DNA of 32,000 nucleotides from Propionibacterium freudenreichii subsp. freudenreichii (GTDB lineage Bacteria > Actinomycetota > Actinomycetes > Propionibacteriales > Propionibacteriaceae): the NCBI RefSeq assembly GCF_000940845.1, contig NZ_CP010341.1, positions 480,001 to 512,000 on the forward strand, written 5' to 3'. The position numbers and the translations under genes are program-made. Numbering within the stretch: the stretch's first letter is position 1; each line of letters starts with the position of its first letter. Below the pieces are notes generated by a model. That model ran no database searches. It was not told where the DNA came from and was given only the letters and a program-made list of their open reading frames with translations. Of the stretch, positions 17,234 to 25,541 are shown one piece after another.

Positions 17234-18565
17234 ATGCGACGTCGCACCACGATTGCAGCCCTCGCTGCTGTCTTGAGTTTCAGTCCCCTGGCCGCCCAGG
17301 CCGCACCCGCCAGTGCCGACGGGGGCACCAGTTCCACCCCACGCAGCGTGGCGACATCGACGTCGTCCGCTGGCGTGGACCCGGCGTCGGCATGTGGCGA
17401 CCTGGTGCAGCTGGCGCCGGTGCTGAGTTCCGACCACACGCCCGACGGCAAGCAGATCACGCCGAAGCCCACTGCCGACGGCCGCCGCGTGCCGGTGATC
17501 ATCGTGCACGGCTGGGTGTCCTATGACACCCACAGCGATGCGCGCGACCACCTGTTCTCGCAATATGTCGATCGCACCGCCGACCCGGCAGGGGGCACCG
17601 GCTACCTGTTGGCCCAGTCGCAGTACCGCTCATCGCTGATCGGCATGTTGCAGCAGGTGCCCGGCGCCGAGGTGTACACCTTCGACTACTCGCAGGTGGG
17701 ATCGCGATGGGTCACCGACCCGCAGATCGGCCCGAAGCTGTCGCAGGCCATCGAATGCCTGTCCGACTCCTACCAGCAGAAGCCGGTGCTGGTCACCCAT
17801 TCGATGGGCGGGCTCGTGGCGCGTCAGGCCTTGTCAAACAATGATTCGAAGGGCCGTCCGATCTCCGGGCGGGTGAGCAATGTGCTCGCCGTGGGCGCGC
17901 CCAACAATGGCTCCGACTCGGCGCAGATGATCGCCAGTGCGCTGACCATCGGCTCCGAGATCCCGCTGGCCGGGCTGCCGATCCGCATGCTGTGGGACTA
18001 CATCGGCCAGTGCTCCGAGCAGATGGACGCCACCAACACCACCTGCACCGGCATCCGTGCCGTCGACGCCTTCCGCTCGTCGGGCGGGGAGGCCCTGCGC
18101 ACCGGCTCGGCCCAGTTGGCGCAGTTGCCCTGGTGGCCCGACAACGTGAAGGTCACCGCCTATGTGGGCGACATCCAGATGGGCGGCATCAGCCTGTTCG
18201 GGCTCAACTCGCCGCGGCTGCTCGACCTGGGCGACCTGCTCGTGTCCGTCGACTCGGCCAAGGCCGGCTCACAGCGCAGCCGCCAGGTGAACTGCGAATA
18301 CGGCATCATCTCCACCAAGTCGGCCGAGACCGGCCTGGTGCGCCTCATGCTGGCGGGGCAGGGCAACAGCGTCGAGCAACCCGCCGACCTCCTGTCGAGC
18401 CCCTGCTTCCACGAGGCGATGCTGCACGAGACCACCATCACCGGTGACCTGCAGCGTGACCTCACCGAGGTGCTGGGCGCCAATACCGCCTGGCATGATC
18501 CGGCCACCGCCGGCGAGCAGTCAGCCGGCGCAACCACCGTGTCGGCAGTGAGGGAATCCCGGTGA
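17234..18565 (+). CDS. secreted alpha/beta-hydrolase (lipase/esterase-like)
   Basis: In-frame ATG at 17234 within track ORF 17105..18565, with AGGAGGAA upstream. Signal peptide MRRRTTIAALAAVLSFSPLAAQAAPASA. PVIIVHGW oxyanion-region motif and GxSxG nucleophile elbow (THSMGGLV). About 160 aa of C-terminal sequence has no recognisable family. Confidence 0.75.
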   Translation: MRRRTTIAALAAVLSFSPLAAQAAPASADGGTSSTPRSVATSTSSAGVDPASACGDLVQLAPVLSSDHTPDGKQITPKPTADGRRVPVIIVHGWVSYDTHSDARDHLFSQYVDRTADPAGGTGYLLAQSQYRSSLIGMLQQVPGAEVYTFDYSQVGSRWVTDPQIGPKLSQAIECLSDSYQQKPVLVTHSMGGLVARQALSNNDSKGRPISGRVSNVLAVGAPNNGSDSAQMIASALTIGSEIPLAGLPIRMLWDYIGQCSEQMDATNTTCTGIRAVDAFRSSGGEALRTGSAQLAQLPWWPDNVKVTAYVGDIQMGGISLFGLNSPRLLDLGDLLVSVDSAKAGSQRSRQVNCEYGIISTKSAETGLVRLMLAGQGNSVEQPADLLSSPCFHEAMLHETTITGDLQRDLTEVLGANTAWHDPATAGEQSAGATTVSAVRESR

Positions 18566-19062
18566 CCAAGCCCTGGTCACGAGTGGTCGTGGCCGTGCTG
18601 GCCCTGCTGCTCGTGGCCGGGCTGGTGGCCGCCGGGGTCACCGGCCTGTTCGGTGGCCGTGCCCGCAGTGGCAGCACGCCCGGCCCGCAGGCATCGCCGG
18701 CGACGATGGCGTCGGGGACCGCAACGAGCCCGGCGGCTGCCGTGGGCTCGTCCTCGGCACCGCCCGCTGACCCGGCCGATGTCGCGGCCGGCACCCAGGT
18801 GCTGACCAGCTTCCCGAGCGAACCGTCGAAGTACCTTGCCGAGCAGGCACGCGACTACTTCAACGTCGACCCTGCCGCGGTGCTGGCGCCCGGCACGACG
18901 ATTGCCGTCGACTCGTCGTCGTGGACGCCCCTGGACCAGGCCGGTGCGATGGTGCGCATTGAGGTCACCGTGCCCGGTGCCGCGCCGACCCCCTACACCG
19001 CGGTGATGGTGAAGGAGGCCGACGGCACCTGGAAGGTGATGGGCACCGTCGCGGCGCAGTAG
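18562..19062 (+). CDS. membrane-anchored hypothetical protein, translationally coupled to the hydrolase
   Basis: GTG start overlaps the hydrolase stop (GTGA). N-terminal TM VVVAVLALLLVAGLVAAGV, then a Ser/Pro/Ala linker and a roughly 90-aa globular C-terminal domain. Strong GC3 bias. Confidence 0.65.
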   Translation: MTKPWSRVVVAVLALLLVAGLVAAGVTGLFGGRARSGSTPGPQASPATMASGTATSPAAAVGSSSAPPADPADVAAGTQVLTSFPSEPSKYLAEQARDYFNVDPAAVLAPGTTIAVDSSSWTPLDQAGAMVRIEVTVPGAAPTPYTAVMVKEADGTWKVMGTVAAQ

Positions 19063-19086
19063 CTGCAGCGCCCCTGAAGGCAGGCC

Positions 19087-22000
19087 TCAGTCGTCAACCG
19101 TGGTGGTCAGGGTCGAGCTGCCGTCGGGCAGCTTGCGCACGCTGATGCGTTCGGCGATGCGCTGCTTCATCTCGGTGACGTGGCTCACCACGCCGACATT
19201 GCGCCCACCGGCGCGCAGCTTCTCGAGTTGGCCCATCACCATGTCGAGGGATTCGGGGTCCAGGGAGCCGAATCCCTCGTCGACGAACAGGCTGTCCAGG
19301 GAGATGCCGCCGGCCTCGGCGGTGACGGTGTCGGACAGGCCCAGCGCCATGGCCAGGGATGCCAGGAAGGTCTCGCCGCCGGACAGCGTCTGCGTCTCGC
19401 GCGCCGTGTCCACCGGCAAGTGGTCGATCACCACCAGGCCCAACCCGAGCTTGCGCGAACGTCCCTCCTTCTCGTCGGTGCGCTGCAGGCTGTAGCGGCC
19501 GTGGGTCATCGACTCGAGCCGGTCGTTGGCCTGGTCGATCACCTGCTCGAAGCGACGCAGCAGCACATAGGTGGGCAGGGTGACCTTGCGCAGGTTGCGG
19601 TCGCCCGCCGTGGCCAGTTCGGCCATCCGCACCACGGGGGCGGCCTCGGGCGCCATCCGCGTCAACGCAAGGCTGGCGGCTTCCAACTCCTCGGCGGCCT
19701 GTCGCGACTGGGCCAGGTGCGCCGTGGCGCGGCCCAACGCCAACTCGGCGGCTTCCTGGGCCTGCTCGGCGTCGGCCAGCTTGGTGTCCAGTGACTCGAG
19801 GTCGGGGACGGGCGACGCGACGGCGGCCACGAGTTCGGCACGCTCCAGCTGTGCTGCGATGCGGGCCCGGCGCGTGTCGAAGTCGGTGATCGACTGGCGC
19901 AGCGCCGCGATCTGCTCGGCGTCGAGCATGGCGGCGCCGGCCTCGTCAGAGGTGGCGAAGCCGGCATCGGCCAGGGCCTGGTCGGCCTCCTTGCGCCGTG
20001 CGACGCCTTCCCGGCGGGCCGCGGCAAGCGCCTGCAACGCGTCGACGATGCGGGTGGCCGCGTCGAGCCGTCGTGCGACGTGCGCCAGCCGCCCGGCGAT
20101 GTCCGGATAGTCCTCGCGGTGCCGGTCGATCTGGTGGTGGTCATCGTCCAGCTGCGTGGTGGCCGTCGCGATGGCGCCCTTGAGGCCGGACGCGCTGGCC
20201 TGCAGCTCGGCGAGCGTGGACCGGGTGGTGGTCACCTGCCGGTCGGCGTCGGCGATCCTCGCGGTGAGCTCCACCCGCTGGGCTGCCGCGGCACTGGCAC
20301 CGGCCAGTTCCGCGTCGGCCCGATCGAGGTCCGCCCGGGCCTGTGCCACGTCCTTCCCGCCGGCGGCCTTCTGGTGGTCGACGCGGTGCTGTGCGGCGAC
20401 GTCGCACTGCATGGCTGCCCGGGCCCGGGCATCGGCCAGTGAGCGGGCCTGCTGGGCCAGGCGCTCCACGTCATCGCGCGTCGCCGCACCCTGAGCCGGC
20501 GTTGCCGGGTGGGGATGGCTGGTGGCGCCACAGACCGGGCACTCATCGCCGTCGACCAGCTCGCCTGCCAGGGTGCCGGCCAGCCCGTCGAGCCAGCCGG
20601 CCCGGGCCGTGCGGTATTCCCGTTCGGCCAGGTCTGCCGCGTCGATTGCCTCCTGCTCCGCGGCGCGCAGTGCAACCAATTGGGACGCATCCTGCTCGGC
20701 GGCCTGCGCAGCCTCGAGCGTCCGGGTGGCCGCTTGCTGCGCCAGGGAGGCGCCGGTGAGCGCATCGTCGGTGGGGGGAAGTTGGCCGTGGCGTTGTGAG
20801 AGCTCGTCGCGGCCTGCGATCAACTCCGCGAGCTCCTGCTGCGTCGTGGCAACCCGGGTGGCGATCTCGGCCAGCCGTGCATTGTCGGCGTCGAGGCGGG
20901 CGTGGCGGGCAGGTAGTCCTGCCTCGAGTTGGGCCAGCTGGCCCAACTGTCCGCGGGTGGTGCCCAGGCGGGTGATCTCATCGCGCAGGGTGGAGAGCGC
21001 GGCGTCATCGGACCCATCCGGCGACCCGAGGTTCCCCACCGCGTGCGGGCGCACCTGCTCCAGCAGCACACCGTCGTCGGTGGCAGCGATCTCAGCGGCC
21101 ACCACCTCCCACTCGGTGGTGGCGGTGGACAGCGCCGCGGCCGCGCGGCGGGCTGCGGCGAGCGGGCGGGCGCTTCCGGCGGCCCGCGTCGCGGCGTCCA
21201 GGCGCACCCGGTCTGCGGCTATCTGGTCACCGCGGGCCTCCAGCTCCTGGCGTTGCACAACCAGGGCGTCATGTTCGGCCTTCAGGGCGATGATGCGCTG
21301 CGCTGCATCGCGCGCGGCGCGGGCCCCGCCGAGCCGTTCCCGCGCGCCGGCGACCGCCTGTGTGCGCTGCTCGGTGTCGGCCTGCAGCTCCCGCAGCCGT
21401 GTGTGGGCCGCAGCGACCAGCGGAGCGGTGTCATCGTCGTCGAGCAGGGCGAGGAAGGCCTCGCGGGGTGTGGGGCCCGGCACCGGGACGTCCTGGTGCC
21501 CTGCGGGCGTCTCGTCGGCCGGTACCGGTGTCGCCTCGGACGCGGGGGACCCGTCGGGCGTGGGCGCCTCATCGGGCCATGCGGAATGGGCGAAGCGCTC
21601 GGCGAGCGACCTGATCTGGGTGCGGGCCTGATCGGCGCGGGCCTTGTAGTCCGCGGCCATCGCGGTCAGTTCCTGCTGGGCGCGCTCGAACAGCTCGGTG
21701 CCGAAGATCTGTTGCAGCAGGCCCCGGCGTTCCTCGGGCTTGGAGCGCAGGAAGTTGGCGAAATGGCCCTGCGGCAGCACGACCGTCTGGGTGAACTGGT
21801 CGCGGCTCAATCCGATGGCAGCCTGCAGCTCCTTGTTCGCGTCCTGGATGTTGGCCGAGATGGGTTCGCCGTCCTGGTCGTCGGGGTCGGCCAGCTTCCA
21901 CAGTCGAATGGTGGCGTTCACCGAGGTGAGGCCCTCGCCACGCTTCTTGGGACGGGTGAACTGTGGGGTGCGGCGCACTCGGTACAGGCCGCGCGAGGTG

Positions 22001-22251
22001 TCGACCACCAGGTCGACATAGGGCTCACTGGCCGCCTTGCGATGGGTCGACACCATGCGATCGCCGCTGGAGTCGTCGGCGGCCACCTGCCCGTAGAGCG
22101 CGAAGACGATCGCATCGATGATGGTGGTCTTCCCCGAGCCGGTGGCGCCCTCCAGCAGGAACAGCCCGTCGGCACCCAGCCGGGAGAAGTCCACGTGCTC
22201 GGTGCCGGCATAGGGACCGATGCCCGACAGTTCCAGCCGCAGGATCTGCAT
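19087..22251 (-). CDS. sbcC: SbcC/Rad50-family ATPase (SbcCD nuclease subunit C)
   Basis: 1054 aa. N-terminal Walker A (LLEGATGSGKTT), a long Ala/Glu/Arg-rich coiled coil with the zinc-hook CPVCG in the middle, and C-terminal signature/Walker B (LSGGETF...LFVDEGFGSLD). Confidence 0.9.
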   Translation of the reverse strand: MQILRLELSGIGPYAGTEHVDFSRLGADGLFLLEGATGSGKTTIIDAIVFALYGQVAADDSSGDRMVSTHRKAASEPYVDLVVDTSRGLYRVRRTPQFTRPKKRGEGLTSVNATIRLWKLADPDDQDGEPISANIQDANKELQAAIGLSRDQFTQTVVLPQGHFANFLRSKPEERRGLLQQIFGTELFERAQQELTAMAADYKARADQARTQIRSLAERFAHSAWPDEAPTPDGSPASEATPVPADETPAGHQDVPVPGPTPREAFLALLDDDDTAPLVAAAHTRLRELQADTEQRTQAVAGARERLGGARAARDAAQRIIALKAEHDALVVQRQELEARGDQIAADRVRLDAATRAAGSARPLAAARRAAAALSTATTEWEVVAAEIAATDDGVLLEQVRPHAVGNLGSPDGSDDAALSTLRDEITRLGTTRGQLGQLAQLEAGLPARHARLDADNARLAEIATRVATTQQELAELIAGRDELSQRHGQLPPTDDALTGASLAQQAATRTLEAAQAAEQDASQLVALRAAEQEAIDAADLAEREYRTARAGWLDGLAGTLAGELVDGDECPVCGATSHPHPATPAQGAATRDDVERLAQQARSLADARARAAMQCDVAAQHRVDHQKAAGGKDVAQARADLDRADAELAGASAAAAQRVELTARIADADRQVTTTRSTLAELQASASGLKGAIATATTQLDDDHHQIDRHREDYPDIAGRLAHVARRLDAATRIVDALQALAAARREGVARRKEADQALADAGFATSDEAGAAMLDAEQIAALRQSITDFDTRRARIAAQLERAELVAAVASPVPDLESLDTKLADAEQAQEAAELALGRATAHLAQSRQAAEELEAASLALTRMAPEAAPVVRMAELATAGDRNLRKVTLPTYVLLRRFEQVIDQANDRLESMTHGRYSLQRTDEKEGRSRKLGLGLVVIDHLPVDTARETQTLSGGETFLASLAMALGLSDTVTAEAGGISLDSLFVDEGFGSLDPESLDMVMGQLEKLRAGGRNVGVVSHVTEMKQRIAERISVRKLPDGSSTLTTTVDD

Positions 22252-23471
22252 CAGCGTTCCCCCTGCTTCGTCGCGCGTTCCAACGCGGTGCGCAACACCG
22301 TGAGCTCGGCGGCATCGGGGCGACGATTGCTCACATCGGCGACGAACTGGCCCACCACATCGAGCGGGTCGGCCTGCGCGCTCACCGTTGCGCGCACCTC
22401 CCGCTCCCGCAGCGTTGACTCGAACCGGATCTCCAACGCATGGGGAAAGGCCTTCTTGACGGTGCGCGACAGGTCCGCGGGGCGATCCTCGCCGGTGACC
22501 ACCACCCGGGTCCAGTCATCGCGCTGCGCGGCGAAGTCCTCGCCGAGCACCTGCTGCAGGGAGCCACGCACGTCACTGAGCCGACGCGGCACCGGGGTGG
22601 GAATGAGCTCCACCGAGGCGACTGGGCCCGCCTCGTCGAAGGTCACCAGCGCCGTGGACTTGTGCTGGTGCTGCTCGGAGAACGAGAACGCCAGGGGCGA
22701 CCCGGCATAGCGCATCACGGCCTCCTCGTCGTGGTCGGAAGCAGGGTCCCGCGATCCTGCGACGGCCTGCGCCCCGTGCAGGTGGCCCAGCGCCACGTAG
22801 TCGGCGCCGACGTCGGCGAACAGCGCAGCCGGCACCGAATCGACACCGCCGATCCGCAGGTCGCGTTCGGAATCGCTGGGTTGGGCCCCGGTGACGAAGG
22901 CATGCGCCATCACCGCTGCCGGTATGCGGGTGCCGTTGGCGCTGCGTCGACGTGCCAGGTCGCGGTGCACCATCGACAGCGCGGCCCCCACCACGGCCTC
23001 ATGGGAGCGGGCGATCCGCCCGTCCCCGTCGACGCCCGCCAGCTCGCCGAGGCGGTCACGGGTCATGTCGGGATCGAGGTAGGGGATCGCGTAGACCACC
23101 AGCCCGTCATGGCCGGTGCTGTCGGGCAGCACCACCGGGTGCGCGATGTCGGCGAGCGTCGCACGGATGTGCAATTGGTTGCGCAACAGCTTCGCATTGA
23201 GGCCCAACCGCTGTGGTGAGTCATGGTTGCCCGGGATCAACACCACCGGCGCCACCTCGGTGAGCCGGGCCAGCGCGTCGTTGAGCATGTTCACCGCATC
23301 GAGCGGCGGCAGCGCCCGATCAAAGACATCACCACTGACCAACACCGCGTCGGCCCGTTCGCTGCGCGCCACGGCGACCAACTGGTTCAGGAAGGCCGCA
23401 TGGGCATCGCTGAGGTCGACGCCGCGCAGTGTGCGTCCCAGGTGCCAGTCGCTGGTGTGCAGGATCCTCAT
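22251..23471 (-). CDS. sbcD: SbcD/Mre11-family nuclease (SbcCD subunit D)
   Basis: In-frame ATG at 23471 (MRILHTSDWHLGR) in track ORF 22251..23636. Calcineurin-like phosphoesterase motifs are present (DWHLG, SGDVFD, GNHD, GHLH). The stop overlaps the sbcC start by 1 nt (TGATG). Confidence 0.9.
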   Translation of the reverse strand: MRILHTSDWHLGRTLRGVDLSDAHAAFLNQLVAVARSERADAVLVSGDVFDRALPPLDAVNMLNDALARLTEVAPVVLIPGNHDSPQRLGLNAKLLRNQLHIRATLADIAHPVVLPDSTGHDGLVVYAIPYLDPDMTRDRLGELAGVDGDGRIARSHEAVVGAALSMVHRDLARRRSANGTRIPAAVMAHAFVTGAQPSDSERDLRIGGVDSVPAALFADVGADYVALGHLHGAQAVAGSRDPASDHDEEAVMRYAGSPLAFSFSEQHQHKSTALVTFDEAGPVASVELIPTPVPRRLSDVRGSLQQVLGEDFAAQRDDWTRVVVTGEDRPADLSRTVKKAFPHALEIRFESTLREREVRATVSAQADPLDVVGQFVADVSNRRPDAAELTVLRTALERATKQGER

Positions 23472-23481
23472 GGCCACGAGG

Positions 23482-24699
23482 TTAGAGGCCGGGTGTGACA
23501 TTGCGGGCATCCGGGACGGCTTGGCCCGCATCCGCCGATTCCGCGCCGCCGTTCCCGGGAGGCGCGACGAGGCCCCGCTCGGGCACCAGCAGCCCAGAGG
23601 GACGGGCGACCAGCCCGCCGGGGACAGGTACCACACCGGCTGCGGGCAGGCCGGGTCCGGACTCCGGAGCGGCGGCCAACCAGGCGTCCACCTCGGCCAG
23701 CCATCGTGCCTTGTCAGCCTGCTCGGCGAACGACCCGCGGATGCTCATGCGGGCCAGCTCCGCCAACTCGGCGTCGCTGAGCCCCAGGTAGTCGCGGGCG
23801 ATGCGGTACTGGTCGGTGAGTCCCGACAGGAACAGCAGCGGATCATCGGCCCCCAGTGCCACCTGCGCGCCGGCGTCCAACAGGGTGCGCAGGGGCACCT
23901 TGGAGTAGTCGGGATAGACGCCGAGGCTCACATTCGACGCCGGATTCACCTCAAGCGTAATTCCGGCATCGACGATGCGTTTCAGCAGCGCCGGGCTCTC
24001 GGCGGCATGGATGCCGTGGCCGATACGCGTGGGATGCAGCTCGTCGATCACCTGCGCGATGTGCTCGGGACCACGGAATTCGCCACCGTGGGGCACCCCG
24101 GGAATGCCGGCCCGCCGGGCAATGCGGAAGGCCGGTCCGAACTCGACGGTATTGCCCTCGGTCTCGTCATTCGACAATCCGAAACCGATCACGCCGCCGG
24201 GCCCGCGGCCGGCGAACCGGGCCGACAGGCGGGCCAGCGTGCGGGCGTCCAGGGGATGGTGCAGACGCGAGGCAGCCACGATCACGCCCATCTGGATGCC
24301 ATGGCGCCGGGAGGCCAGGGCGGCCTCGTCAAGGATGATCTCCAGCGCGTTGACAAGGCCATTCACATACGGCGCATAGCTGGTGGGGTCCACTTGGATC
24401 TCTGTGCGACGCGAGCCCTGGGCCGCGTCGTTGCGGGCTGCGGCGTCCACCACGGCGCGCAGCGCCCGCTCGGAGATCACCACGTGGCGGGCAATGTCAT
24501 AGGTGCGCTGGAACCGCCACCAGCCCCGCTTGGTGGCCGGCACCGACAGGGGGTCGTCGTCGATGAGTTGCTCGGCCTCGTCGAGGCCCTCCCACGCCGA
24601 CAACTCCCGCAACGTGGGAATGTCAAGCGAGCCGGTGAAGTGCAGGTGCAGATGTGCCTTCGGCAACAGGTTCAGATCGCGTCGGGCAACATCGGGCAT
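23482..24699 (-). CDS. add: adenosine deaminase-family metallohydrolase with Pro/Gly-rich C-terminal extension
   Basis: In-frame ATG at 24699 (MPDVARRDLNLLPKAHLHLHFTGS) in track ORF 23482..24789. Motifs: HLHLH metal site, PHGGE, RIGHG, LEVNPASN, GADDPLLF. The last roughly 55 aa (GLPAAGVVPVPGG...NVTPGL) extend beyond the usual fold. The stop lies 10 nt before the sbcD start. Confidence 0.85.
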   Translation of the reverse strand: MPDVARRDLNLLPKAHLHLHFTGSLDIPTLRELSAWEGLDEAEQLIDDDPLSVPATKRGWWRFQRTYDIARHVVISERALRAVVDAAARNDAAQGSRRTEIQVDPTSYAPYVNGLVNALEIILDEAALASRRHGIQMGVIVAASRLHHPLDARTLARLSARFAGRGPGGVIGFGLSNDETEGNTVEFGPAFRIARRAGIPGVPHGGEFRGPEHIAQVIDELHPTRIGHGIHAAESPALLKRIVDAGITLEVNPASNVSLGVYPDYSKVPLRTLLDAGAQVALGADDPLLFLSGLTDQYRIARDYLGLSDAELAELARMSIRGSFAEQADKARWLAEVDAWLAAAPESGPGLPAAGVVPVPGGLVARPSGLLVPERGLVAPPGNGGAESADAGQAVPDARNVTPGL

Positions 24700-24881
24700 G
24701 GCTGCCAGAGTAGTAGGGCCCCGTTGGCCATTGGCTGCCCGCCGGCGGCGTCGAGTAATCTCTTGATGCAGAAACTGCTGGCCGGCCACGGGCGCGCAAT
24801 CCTCCTGAAAGGACCTGTTTTCGTGCGGGATGAACCGGAGTGGGCATTCCGGATGGATGGACGATCTAAGGACATGGGGCT

Positions 24882-25541
24882 ATGAGCGCACAGACGGCCG
24901 ATACCGGTTGGCGCGATGTCGCGCGCAGGGTTTCCCCGCCCGATCCCAACGGCACCGAGCAGCAGCTCGGGCTCAACGATGTGTTCTTCTCGACCACGGA
25001 TCGTAAAGGCGTTATCGAACAGGCCAATGAGGTGTTCGTGCGCATCTCGCGCTATCCGCGTGAGGTGCTGGTGGGCTCGCCGCACAACATCATCCGCCAT
25101 CCCGTGATGCCCGGTGCCGCGTTCCGTGCGATGTGGGACTACCTGCTCGACGACCAGCCGTTCGTCGCCTATGTGCACAACCTGGCCGCCGACGGTTCGC
25201 TCTACACGGTGCTGGCCACGGTGACGCCGCTGGACGGGGGCTTCCTGTCAGTGCGCACACGCCCGGAGAGGGCCGATCTGTTGGGTGCCGCCGACAGTAT
25301 CTATGGCACGGTGCGTCACCTGGAACTCGAATGGGAGGCGGCCGGACTCGGCGCTCCCGCCGCCGCGGCGTCCGTGGGCGGTGGGCCGGCTGGCCGACAT
25401 GGCCGTGCATCAGCGTCGGCTCACCGAGGAGCTGGACGACTGGGTGAGCCTGCTGGGTCGCCTCGACGAGCTCGCCACCCAGCTGTCGACGCTGTCGGGC
25501 GAATTGGCCGAGCACTCCCATGCCGATGCCGCACTGCGTGA
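24882..25541 (+). CDS. Aer-type PAS sensor domain protein (N-terminal frame; real coding signal ends near 25380)
   Basis: FFSTTDRKGVIEQANEVFVRISRYPREVLVGSPHNIIRHPVMPGAAFRAMWDYLL...YVHNLAADGSLYTVLATVTPL..GFLSVRTRP closely parallels the FAD-binding PAS of E. coli Aer. After about 25380 the codon third positions lose G/C bias and the translation becomes Arg/Gly/Ala junk up to the stop at 25541. Confidence 0.7.
   Translation: MSAQTADTGWRDVARRVSPPDPNGTEQQLGLNDVFFSTTDRKGVIEQANEVFVRISRYPREVLVGSPHNIIRHPVMPGAAFRAMWDYLLDDQPFVAYVHNLAADGSLYTVLATVTPLDGGFLSVRTRPERADLLGAADSIYGTVRHLELEWEAAGLGAPAAAASVGGGPAGRHGRASASAHRGAGRLGEPAGSPRRARHPAVDAVGRIGRALPCRCRTA

Noticed and set aside
20929-22710. 593-aa plus-strand ORF, and the similar ORFs at 20522..21631, 23116..24885, 4988..6283 and 7410..8633
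   Set aside because: All lie antisense to well-supported genes (sbcC, sbcD, add, the helicase, NlpC/P60) and lack motifs. They are high-GC shadow ORFs.
19087-23471. SbcCD as a Wadjet, Lamassu or Gabija-like defence module
   Set aside because: The canonical two-gene SbcD/SbcC architecture and motifs are present. No JetA/B/D, LmuA or GajB-like partners are in the neighbourhood.
23482-24699. Defence-type deaminase (RADAR RdrB-like or Kongming KomA-like)
   Set aside because: The protein has the size and motifs of a canonical Add-family enzyme. The adjacent ATPase and nuclease are canonical SbcC (with a zinc hook) and SbcD (Mre11 motifs), not RdrA or SIR2-type partners.
25360-25400. Programmed +1 ribosomal frameshift in the PAS sensor gene
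   Set aside because: No recognisable slippery or rare-codon shift site, and no downstream stimulatory structure, was seen. A 7-nt duplication or a simple indel is the more economical explanation.
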